Below the pieces are notes generated by a model. The model made no database searches, was not told the DNA's origin, and worked only from the letters and a program-made list of their open reading frames with translations. This document shows, piece after piece, positions 1 through 7,205 of a stretch of DNA of 32,744 nucleotides; positions within the stretch are counted from its first letter, which is position 1; each line of letters starts with the position of its first letter. Location: positions 8,321 through 41,064 of the forward strand of contig CARFEX010000001.1 of the NCBI GenBank assembly GCA_948971535.1, given 5' to 3'. The position numbers and the translations under genes were made by a program. This DNA is from an uncultured Eubacteriales bacterium (GTDB taxonomy: Bacteria > Bacillota > Clostridia > Christensenellales > UBA1242).

Positions 1-555
1 ATTTTTCTTTGTTATTTTCTTTTCATTAATAACATAATTTTCTCCATCTAAAAATTTTTCGCGTGCAGTAATTTCGCTCTTTTCATCATAGAATAATTCT
101 AAAGCTTCATCTAAATCTACTTCAACAAGTCTTGCGATTTCTTCACCATTCACTTCATATTCTTCAAGCGTTTTATCAGAAGGATATAAATAAACATATT
201 GAAACTCATTTGCAATATAATTTTCAGTCACTGTAGCCGCAGTTTGCCTTATTCCTAAAAATACAAGTTGAGACAGCTTAACATCTTCAAGAAGTTCTTC
301 TTTTATTTCTCTAACAGATTGTTCTTCTGTTTCGCCCGCTTGAATGTGACCGCCCACAGTAAAATCAAGCAGTGCATTATTATCTGTGATAATATTATCT
401 TTAGGTCTTTTTCTTTGAAAAAAAACCTTTCTTAATTTGGGATTTATTGCAAGAACCGTGATGACCTTATGCCAATAACCCTTCGTATGACATTCTTTTT
501 TTTCACAAATTCCTATATGCTTAAACTTATCTGTATAAATATCTAAATATTCCAT
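1..555 (-). CDS. NUDIX-family hydrolase (Idi-like); 3' end runs off the window start
   Basis: Absent from the ORF track because there is no stop in the window. My translation from ATG at 555-553 reads MEYLDIYTDKFKHIGICEKKECHTKGYWHKVITVLAINPKLRKVFFQRKRPKD... It has a Nudix box, GGHIQAGETEEQSVREIKEELLEDV. A GGAG RBS lies just upstream, inside the end of the preceding ORF. Confidence 0.8.
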   Translation of the reverse strand, partial: MEYLDIYTDKFKHIGICEKKECHTKGYWHKVITVLAINPKLRKVFFQRKRPKDNIITDNNALLDFTVGGHIQAGETEEQSVREIKEELLEDVKLSQLVFLGIRQTAATVTENYIANEFQYVYLYPSDKTLEEYEVNGEEIARLVEVDLDEALELFYDEKSEITAREKFLDGENYVINEKKITKKN

Positions 556-556
556 T

Positions 557-1092
557 TTATTCTCCTTCATAATTTTTTAAAAAATTGGTTGCATCAATTA
601 TCATATTTTCAAATGCGTTTTTTATGTCTACATTATAACATTTACAAAAATTAAACACAACACAAATAAGGCAGTTTATCTTAAAAATTACAAATTCTTC
701 AATACATTTAAAATTCAATCTAATTTTTGTATGCCTAAAATCATTAATTTCCATTACTGTTTCAGTAATTTGTCCAGTAAGTGTAAGCAGATTAATTAAA
801 GAATCACCACAATAATGTCGTTTAAAAGTCTCAACTAAATCAAAATCAAATTTCCAAGATAAGGCGAAATTTTGTAAAATTACATCACTTACTTCTCCAC
901 CAAGATTTTAAATATTTCTTCCTTATTCTCCTACCCTATCATTACCTTCAACAATAAAACTTAAATGGCCAAGTTGCACCACGAGCTCAGGCAAAACCGT
1001 CAAAGCCTTCATTTCTTCTCAGTTATCTGAAAAGCTTTCTTTAGATTGATAGCTTTTAAATAATTGTTTTCTATAAATGTTTTAATATTCAT
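557..1092 (-). pseudogene. Decayed all-alpha NTP pyrophosphohydrolase (MazG-like) gene with one frameshift and two in-frame TAA stops
   Basis: My minus-strand translation gives MNIKTFIENNYLKAINLKKAFQITEKK* in frame A from ATG 1092. Frame B from ATG 1012 gives MKALTVLPELVVQLGHLSFIVEGNDRVGE*GRNI*NLGGEVSDVILQNFALSWKFDFDLVETFKRH... and runs in the same frame into the 65-aa ORF 557..754. The segments LGGEVSDVILQNFALSWKFDFDL and IEEFVIFKINCLICVVFNFCKCYNVDI resemble the MazG helix pattern (ELxDVLxxLxxLAxxxGIDL). The family call is tentative. Confidence 0.4.
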
Positions 1093-1261
1093 CAATGTTA
1101 AAATCCTTTTTATAAAGCTATGGCATCAAGAGTTATCCATAATTTTTTCATTGTTATACATCCTATTTAAAATTAATAAAAATAAGCATTACTGCTTACC
1201 TTGTATTAAAAAAAAACTGTTGTATTTTTCTCCAAAATTTCTACCAAAATTACTCATTTTG

Positions 1262-1291
1262 TTGACAATCTTAATTAAACTTTTGTAAAAT
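1262..1291 (+). promoter_or_regulatory. Candidate sigma-A promoter (TTGACA-18 nt-TAAAAT) facing the tRNA-Ser fragment
   Basis: TTGACA at 1262-1267 and TAAAAT at 1286-1291, preceded by TG. Chance matches are common in AT-rich DNA. Confidence 0.3.
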
Positions 1292-1409
1292 AAAATTATC
1301 ATAAGAAGGCTTTTGTTGGCATTTTAATCAGTCGTTCTGCCTTTAATTTAGGGACTTTTAGCAATCAAAGACAATCTTGTTTGTGAATGATTAAAAAAGA
1401 GCGGAAAAG

Positions 1410-1465
1410 CTTGAAAACCGTTGGTGTGAAAGCATCCTGGGGCTCGAATCCCTATCTCTCCGCCA
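1410..1465 (+). pseudogene. 3' fragment of tRNA-Ser(UGA), anticodon loop to CCA; no 5' half present
   Basis: The sequence is CTTGAAA (anticodon loop, anticodon TGA), ACCGT, GGTGTGAAAGCATCC (long variable arm), TGGGG-CTCGAAT-CCCTA (T arm), TCTCTCC, G discriminator, CCA. This closely parallels bacterial tRNA-Ser 3' halves. The required 5' acceptor strand GGAGAGA is absent upstream, and there is no D arm or 5' anticodon-stem strand. The T-loop has C where the invariant T54 is expected. Confidence 0.6.
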
Positions 1466-1470
1466 AATAA

Positions 1471-1496
1471 AAAAGAGGATTAATTTTCCTCTTTTT
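1471..1496. terminator. Rho-independent hairpin, bidirectional
   Basis: AAAAGAGGA (1471-1479) pairs with TCCTCTTTT (1487-1495) around a 7-nt loop, followed by a T-run. It overlaps the stop of the minus-strand CDS 1480..2352. Confidence 0.7.
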
Positions 1497-2352
1497 CTTT
1501 TATATATTGATAGTAAATATGTTTTGGTTTGGCAGTTGTAGTCTCAACTATCTCTTTTGCCAATGAGTTATTTTCAAACGTTTCCATTTTAACATTCTTA
1601 TAAACAGCAAAAACTTTGTTCAAAACAGCTTTAGTAAAGCTTTGAAACTCTTGCTTACTGCATGCTTTTGCACTATCTTGCAAAACAAGCGTTTCATCAT
1701 CCTTGACTTTAAAGAATATCCAGCCCACAACTTTGCCTTCATTAACAAGTACAAAGCTATTGTTTTTAGAAATATTATTATTCAATGTATCTATATTATT
1801 TCTTTTTATAAGTTCTGCTTTTGCTAAATCGTTATCTTTATCATAAAACACTTTAACAGTTTCTTCCAATCTTAATTTCAATTCTTCTGTAAGACTTTTG
1901 CTAAGATTGCTTACAGATAAGAAAGAAATTTTATCTTCAAATTCATCAGGTTTAACATCTTCTTTTGCTATAAAATAAATTTTTGAAGTGCTAGATAGAT
2001 TAAATCCAAGACTTTCATATAACTTTATTGAATCGACATCATTATTCTCAACTACCGCTGAAAGAGAGGTTTTATTCATATCCTGTACTACAAAATTAAG
2101 CATTTGCTTTTCAAGATTAAATTCAACAAATTCGCTAGCTATAAAATATTGAATTGGGCATGGTGTCACCTCCGAGCCATAACCTCTAACTTCAACATAT
2201 CCAATTTTCTCACCATCTTTTTTAAAAAGAAAATAAACCGCATCTTTATGATAACTAAGTTCGTATCTTAGCAAAAATTGCAGAAATTCTGGTTTTGCTA
2301 ATGTTGGAAAAATTTTCTCGATGTTGACAACTACACCAATATTATTCATCAT
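1480..2352 (-). CDS. Hypothetical protein, possibly tandem GNAT-like acetyltransferase fold
   Basis: 290-aa ORF. VVENNDVDSIKLYESLGF resembles the GNAT C-terminal motif (N..a..lYeklGF). The second half, FVLVNEGKVVGWIFFKV, resembles a GNAT beta4 strand. No clear Q/RxxGxG/A acetyl-CoA motif is visible. Confidence 0.45.
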   Translation of the reverse strand: MMNNIGVVVNIEKIFPTLAKPEFLQFLLRYELSYHKDAVYFLFKKDGEKIGYVEVRGYGSEVTPCPIQYFIASEFVEFNLEKQMLNFVVQDMNKTSLSAVVENNDVDSIKLYESLGFNLSSTSKIYFIAKEDVKPDEFEDKISFLSVSNLSKSLTEELKLRLEETVKVFYDKDNDLAKAELIKRNNIDTLNNNISKNNSFVLVNEGKVVGWIFFKVKDDETLVLQDSAKACSKQEFQSFTKAVLNKVFAVYKNVKMETFENNSLAKEIVETTTAKPKHIYYQYIKEKEEN

Positions 2353-2451
2353 ACGTACCTCATTAAATAAATCTCTTATGTTTCAATATACCAACAAATT
2401 AACATTTTGTCAAATTGATTTGTTACAAGAGTACTAAAAATTTAATAAAAA

Positions 2452-2485
2452 ATCACTTTGAATTATATTAGGCTTTCAAAGTGAT
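2452..2485 (-). terminator. Rho-independent terminator downstream of tilS
   Basis: ATCACTTTGAA (2452-2462) pairs with TTCAAAGTGAT (2475-2485) as a perfect 11-bp stem. On the minus strand it is followed by TTTTTTATT. Confidence 0.75.
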
Positions 2486-2500
2486 ATATTGGCTTTGCCA

Positions 2501-3835
2501 TTATTGCTTTCTCTCAACTTCTATCATAAATGCGGTTGGTACATCTTCAACTTTAACCTTCTCAGAAATTTCCACACCTGCTATCGCATAGATTTCATTT
2601 CCATCAGCAAGCACAGGAATAAAATTTCTTAATCTTTGAGGTATTTTTTTGTCTATAAAATAGCTCTTTAATTTTTTGCTACCGCCACCAAATTTCTCAA
2701 ACACATCACCATCTTCACGGAAACGCCATGAAGCAGTCTTTGGCACTTTTCGATAATCGAGAAATAGACAGTTTTCTTTTGGCGAAAATTCTTTAACTCT
2801 TTTAACTATTACTTTACCAAAATTTGGTACATCAAACTCACCACATTTAAATGGTTGAATAAAATCAATCTCTTCAACATGTCTATTATGTATTGTTAAA
2901 TAATCATACTCTTTAATCGCAATCGCTTCAAAAGGTAGATAAATTCTTTTTCCATTTCCACCATTTACAGCAAGGTCTTTAATAGCTTCTATATGTTTTC
3001 TTTCGATATCTTTTGTAATACCTATTTTTTTGAAAACCTTAAAGAGCATTCTTGACACTATTGGGTTTTGATATAAAAAATAACTTGTTGGTATGCGAGC
3101 CATTTTATCTTCAAACATTATCGCATCGGTATAGGTCATTGAATTGATAAATTGGTCATCTTCAGCTATACTTTTCGCAAAACCTGTTATAGCATCCACA
3201 GCACCTGGCCACCTTTTTACAATCTCTTTCATAAGCACGTTACGAACAAAATTGCGATTATAGGAGTTATCGTCATTAGTGTAATCGTCTACATAGTCTA
3301 TTTTATTTTCTGCCAAATAATCATAAATTTCTTCTTTTGAGGTAGAAAGCATTGGTCTAATAAATACTTTATCTCTAATAGCCTCCATACCTTTTGCTCC
3401 ACTTACACCTGTACCACGGAATAAATGCATAAGTATAGTTTCCGCTTGGTCAAGCTTGTGATGAGCAAGTGCTATCTTGTCAATCAAGCCTTTTTTAATA
3501 AGAGCATTAAAAACCCCATATCGTCCTTCACGAGCCGCAGACTCAATACTAAGCCCTTTTTCTTTTGCTAGTTTTGGCACATCTATCCTAAATTTGTAAA
3601 ATCTCACTCCAAATTCTCTAGCTTTAGTTCTAACAAATTCGGCATCTTCACGGCTATTTTCACGAATACCATGGTCTACATGAATAGCAACCACTTCTAT
3701 GTCAAACTTCTCCTGATTTTCAGCCAAATAATGAAGAAGCGCCATTGAGTCACTTCCTCCACTACATCCTACACCTATAACATCTCCACTTTTAATAATT
3801 TTTGTTTCTTTAATAAAGTTTTCAATATCTAACAT
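2501..3835 (-). CDS. tilS: tRNA(Ile)-lysidine synthase
   Basis: PP-loop motif SGGSDSMALLH. The length and C-terminal domain are typical of TilS. Start chosen at M13 of the track ORF (MLDIENF...) because GGAG lies 5 nt upstream (plus-strand ctcc, 3841-3844). It sits directly downstream of spoIIE, as in Bacillus. Confidence 0.9.
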   Translation of the reverse strand: MLDIENFIKETKIIKSGDVIGVGCSGGSDSMALLHYLAENQEKFDIEVVAIHVDHGIRENSREDAEFVRTKAREFGVRFYKFRIDVPKLAKEKGLSIESAAREGRYGVFNALIKKGLIDKIALAHHKLDQAETILMHLFRGTGVSGAKGMEAIRDKVFIRPMLSTSKEEIYDYLAENKIDYVDDYTNDDNSYNRNFVRNVLMKEIVKRWPGAVDAITGFAKSIAEDDQFINSMTYTDAIMFEDKMARIPTSYFLYQNPIVSRMLFKVFKKIGITKDIERKHIEAIKDLAVNGGNGKRIYLPFEAIAIKEYDYLTIHNRHVEEIDFIQPFKCGEFDVPNFGKVIVKRVKEFSPKENCLFLDYRKVPKTASWRFREDGDVFEKFGGGSKKLKSYFIDKKIPQRLRNFIPVLADGNEIYAIAGVEISEKVKVEDVPTAFMIEVERKQ

Positions 3836-3943
3836 ACTCGCTCCAAAATTACAAGAGTTATTATATATCAAAATAAAAAATAGTGCAATACTAAAAACAA
3901 AAAATTATGTTTTTAATAAAAATTTATTGATTATAAAAAGAAA

Positions 3944-3964
3944 AACAGCATAATTTGCTGTTTT
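3944..3964 (-). terminator. Rho-independent terminator downstream of spoIIE
   Basis: AACAGCA / TGCTGTT stem with A/T runs on both sides (aaaaacagcataatttgctgttttttt). Confidence 0.65.
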
Positions 3965-3983
3965 TTTATTCTTTTTTAACTTT

Positions 3984-6272
3984 TTATGCTGAAAATATCT
4001 TTACCACCAAACAAGTCATATCATCTACTGCATAACCATTATTATTTGCAAGTGCTTTTTGCATAATTGCACTAGCATACTCCTGTGGATTTTGAGTTTT
4101 AATGGTAAGCAGAAAATCTTTAAATTCACTATCATTACCAAAACTATCACTAATTCCATCACTACAAAGAACAATCATATCCTTTTCGCTAAGAACCACT
4201 TTTTTAATCTGAGCTTTTACGTTTGCTAGCACTCCAACAGGCAAAGCTCCTCCTTCAAAAATTTTACATTCTTCTTCTGAGCGAATGTATGAAGAAGGCG
4301 CGCCCATTTTTATGCAGTCAGCAATACCATTTTTAAGGTCTACCACACAGACATCTATAGTAGAAAATACATCATCCTTTTCTAGATTGAGAAGTTTGTT
4401 TACACTAGACAAGATAAGCTCATTGTCAAACCCCGCTTTATAAAAATTCTCTATAAGTCCTATGGTCGTTTCACTTTTCTGATTTGCTTGATTGCCACTA
4501 CCCATACCATCACAAATTGCAAATAAAAATTTGTCACCGTCAAGCCTAATTACACTATGACAATCGCCTGACATTGTAGCTCCACTTTTACATTGTGTTG
4601 CCACACCAAATATCGCATCAAAGCGAGGTGAGGTTTTAAGATTGACATTCACAAGCCCAGAACGAGTAGATGGATAAACTTCATATATAGACATCTTGCA
4701 ATTACAAACCTTACTAACCACTTGGGCAAGTTTAGGTCTATTGCTATCCTCAGAACGAACAATCAAACTTGCCATAATAGTCCTTGCATCCTTATCATAA
4801 ACTACCGCATCGGTACAAATTATATTGTTATATGCAAGTTCATCAATAATCTTGTTTTCTTGCGAAGCATTGAATGAAACCATAGTATCTACTTCACTTG
4901 CTAAAGATTTCATAATCTGTGAAATTCCGCCAAGTTGGTCTGAAATCAACATTTTGCTAGTATCTACATTGGAAACAAGATTTGCATAATTTTTATATTG
5001 ACTTGTCAAAGTATTGATTTCACTAATCAAACTATTCATTCTTCCACACCGAGAAGTAAGATAGCTAGGTATATCTAATAATGTAATTTTTCCTCTTTCC
5101 ATAGAAATTTGTATCAATTCCCCAAACACCTTCTTAGTATCTGCACAAAAAGTTCTATGACAATGTTTGTGTTCTGGACAGTTTTTGCAAACCGAATTTC
5201 GTATTTCTTCAAAAAGCATATTTTTCACTTCTTCATCACTAAGTTCCTCTTTGATAAGCTTTTTGAAAACCTCATTCATATCATAAAAGACTTCTGAAAG
5301 ATTGTTAAGTCTGCGATACAAAACCTCACGATTTCTATTAACCACATTTTTAACAGCCATGCGGTCATTATTTGAAGACAGGAGAACACTGACATTGTCA
5401 ATCCATTTTTTCGGCATAAATAAAAATGCTAAAGCGCCTAACACTATAGGCAATATTTCCAACCAACCATAGCTATAATACAATTTAAAATAAAACCCTA
5501 TAACAAGCTCGCAGGCTATTAAAGCCAGAAATGGATACACTCTTTTTTGAGATTTAAAAGCTACAATAGCAAGCGACCAAAGTAGAATTGGAGCAACAAA
5601 AACAGGATTGTTAGAATTTATCAAAGTACCAAGGCTTAAAATTCCTGCTATAAGTGTTGTGTATGCTGTTTTTGAAGTATAAGAAATAGAAAGCAAAGCA
5701 AAAGCAACAAAAAGTTTTAAAAATGAAAATCCATATAAATTTATGGAATATAATCCGTCACTTATTGCCATAAGAACACTAGCACCGCAAATAAGTTCTA
5801 AAGATGTCAATTTGTAAGCAAAGCCTCTAACAATTATAGGCTCAAAAATATGATTGCATGCATAGAGAAATACAAGCCCAAGCATTATGTTTAAAACTAT
5901 GAGATAAGGACTTAACCCTCCAAGAACCTGAAAAACAATTGAAGCTGTTTGTCCTACAACACAATAAATGCCAAGTTCCCATTTTTTCATATTTTTCTTT
6001 GTAAGCACGTGTATGTAATATGGAACAACCAACATAAAAACTGTTACAATTGAAGCTATTGCCCCTTCAAATGACATAGCAGACAAAGAAGTTGCTAAAA
6101 TATAAGCTGGAGCTAAAATCCAAACTTTTTGATTTGCCCATGCAAGTGCAAAAAGCATAGAAAAGGCAAATGGAAAAATAACGCCACCTATGCAAGCATT
6201 TGCTAAAATATAAAATAGCAATAGATAAACTAAAAATAAAACTATATATACAATTTTTCCTTTAAATTTCAT
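3984..6272 (-). CDS. spoIIE: Stage II sporulation protein E (polytopic membrane PP2C phosphatase)
   Basis: The N-terminal ~300 aa has multiple hydrophobic TM segments. The C-terminal PP2C domain carries the motifs ICDGMGSGNQA and VLCSDGISD. Start at the second ATG (MKFKGK...), which has GGAG 6 nt upstream. The track ORF extends to 6284. Confidence 0.85.
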   Translation of the reverse strand: MKFKGKIVYIVLFLVYLLLFYILANACIGGVIFPFAFSMLFALAWANQKVWILAPAYILATSLSAMSFEGAIASIVTVFMLVVPYYIHVLTKKNMKKWELGIYCVVGQTASIVFQVLGGLSPYLIVLNIMLGLVFLYACNHIFEPIIVRGFAYKLTSLELICGASVLMAISDGLYSINLYGFSFLKLFVAFALLSISYTSKTAYTTLIAGILSLGTLINSNNPVFVAPILLWSLAIVAFKSQKRVYPFLALIACELVIGFYFKLYYSYGWLEILPIVLGALAFLFMPKKWIDNVSVLLSSNNDRMAVKNVVNRNREVLYRRLNNLSEVFYDMNEVFKKLIKEELSDEEVKNMLFEEIRNSVCKNCPEHKHCHRTFCADTKKVFGELIQISMERGKITLLDIPSYLTSRCGRMNSLISEINTLTSQYKNYANLVSNVDTSKMLISDQLGGISQIMKSLASEVDTMVSFNASQENKIIDELAYNNIICTDAVVYDKDARTIMASLIVRSEDSNRPKLAQVVSKVCNCKMSIYEVYPSTRSGLVNVNLKTSPRFDAIFGVATQCKSGATMSGDCHSVIRLDGDKFLFAICDGMGSGNQANQKSETTIGLIENFYKAGFDNELILSSVNKLLNLEKDDVFSTIDVCVVDLKNGIADCIKMGAPSSYIRSEEECKIFEGGALPVGVLANVKAQIKKVVLSEKDMIVLCSDGISDSFGNDSEFKDFLLTIKTQNPQEYASAIMQKALANNNGYAVDDMTCLVVKIFSA

Positions 6273-6306
6273 GATTTTCTCCATGAAAATAATTATAATT
6301 CACATG

Positions 6307-6345
6307 AAAAAATCCGCATAAGTGATATTTGTCCACTTTTGCGGA
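6307..6345 (-). terminator. Rho-independent terminator downstream of gmk
   Basis: On the minus strand TCCGCAAAAGTG pairs with CACTTATGCGGA (12 bp, 1 mismatch), followed by TTTTTT. Confidence 0.65.
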
Positions 6346-6370
6346 AAAGAATATAAATTTGTCATTGTAA

Positions 6371-6919
6371 TTATCTTTTGTCAAGAATTTTGTTTATTGC
6401 ATTTAACGTTGTTTGAATATCTATATTTTCTATTGAGTAATCATAAAACTTTTTATTTTCTCGTTCTAATTTCGCTCTAGAAAGACGAACTTCTATTCTA
6501 TCATCTGTTTCCCCTCGATTTTTTAGCCTGTCTCTTAACACCTCGTTAGGTGCATCAAGAAAAATGGATACACATTCTCCTTTACCTTTCATATATGCTT
6601 TTACTCGTTGCGTTCCATATACATCTATATCTCTTATATAATCGTTTTCTGGCTTTTTAATAGCCTCATCTATGTATTTTTTTATTATTCCATACATAAA
6701 GCCATGCACTTCTTGCGTCTCAAAAAAGTAACCTTGCTTTTCTTTTTGTATGAACTCTTCTGACGACATGTACTCATAAAATTCAATTCCATCAGCATTC
6801 TCACGTTTTGGACGAGTCGTACCTGATAAAATAAAATGCAAATTATCTCGCTTTAACATAAGTTCTTTTATAATAGTATTTTTCCCAACTCCAGAAACAC
6901 CTGATAAAATTATAATCAT
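6371..6919 (-). CDS. gmk: Guanylate kinase
   Basis: P-loop LSGVSGVGKNT, the motif SGTTRPKRENADGIEFYEYMSSEEF, and YG. The 182-aa length and layout match Gmk. RBS is AAAGGAGAAATC-ATG. Confidence 0.9.
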   Translation of the reverse strand: MIIILSGVSGVGKNTIIKELMLKRDNLHFILSGTTRPKRENADGIEFYEYMSSEEFIQKEKQGYFFETQEVHGFMYGIIKKYIDEAIKKPENDYIRDIDVYGTQRVKAYMKGKGECVSIFLDAPNEVLRDRLKNRGETDDRIEVRLSRAKLERENKKFYDYSIENIDIQTTLNAINKILDKR

Positions 6920-6937
6920 GATTTCTCCTTTTGATTT

Positions 6938-6966
6938 ATTATATCAAAGCAGTTTTTTTTAGTCTA
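6938..6966 (-). promoter_or_regulatory. Candidate gmk promoter with extended -10 (TAGACT-17-TGATATAAT)
   Basis: On the minus strand TGATATAAT corresponds to plus 6938-6946, and the -35-like TAGACT to plus 6961-6966. It lies about 20 nt upstream of the gmk RBS. Confidence 0.5.
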
Positions 6967-7018
6967 GCAAATTAGAGAACTTTCAGTTTAAAGACAAGTG
7001 GCGTGCAACTTCGTTCAT

Positions 7019-7117
7019 GCGACAAGCTATTGAAAAACAATTTTTTCAATAACCGCTTCCTTGCTTCGCCAAGCAAGCGGTTGACTGCTGTTTTAACAAC
7101 AACAGTCAGCTTGTCGC
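7019..7117. other. GC-rich 99-nt element folding as a perfect four-way junction (closing helix plus three hairpins); unclassified ncRNA or DNA element
   Basis: P1 is GCGACAAGCT (7019-7028) paired with AGCTTGTCGC (7108-7117). Hairpin 1 (7029-7050) has a 9-bp stem and CAAT loop. Hairpin 2 (7051-7082) pairs AACCG/CGGTT and CTTGCTT/AAGCAAG with a CGCC loop and a 4-nt bulge. Hairpin 3 (7083-7107) has a 10-bp stem with one C.A mismatch. There are no unpaired junction nucleotides. Confidence 0.45.
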
Positions 7118-7205
7118 CCCCTCGCACTGTACCTCTATCTTTATTAAATGACAATTAACATAATCATTTTTTATACACACCACATAAATATAAAAAGGAG
7201 GAAAA

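Noticed and set aside
905-1016. Stop-codon reassignment or programmed recoding to explain the in-frame TAA codons and the frameshift in the MazG-like gene
   Set aside because: TAA is used as a genuine stop by other genes here, including the giant ORF and the ferritin-like gene. The 6,443-codon ORF and all housekeeping genes are intact under the standard code. Ordinary pseudogenisation is the simpler explanation.
1064-1288. 74-aa plus-strand ORF (MFSINVLIFINVKILF...)
   Set aside because: It is an extremely AT-rich, Ile/Leu/Lys/Phe low-complexity translation, has no RBS, and overlaps the 5' end of the minus-strand pseudogene. It is likely non-coding filler.
1299-1465. tmRNA (ssrA), tRNA-Sec or a complete type-II tRNA ending at 1465
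   Set aside because: There is no 5' strand able to pair with the acceptor 3' strand TCTCTCC. The discriminator is G and the anticodon-loop context is CTTGAAA, which is Ser-like rather than Ala-like as in tmRNA. There is no GGGG 5' end, tag-reading frame or pseudoknot-like GC segments in the preceding 350 nt. The tRNA-Sec anticodon would be TCA, not TGA.
6972-7154. 60-aa minus-strand ORF in the gmk / ferritin-like intergenic region
   Set aside because: It is composed almost entirely of the palindromic hairpin arms of the four-way-junction element, has no RBS, and gives an Arg/Leu/Lys-rich product. It is more parsimoniously an artefact of the structured element.
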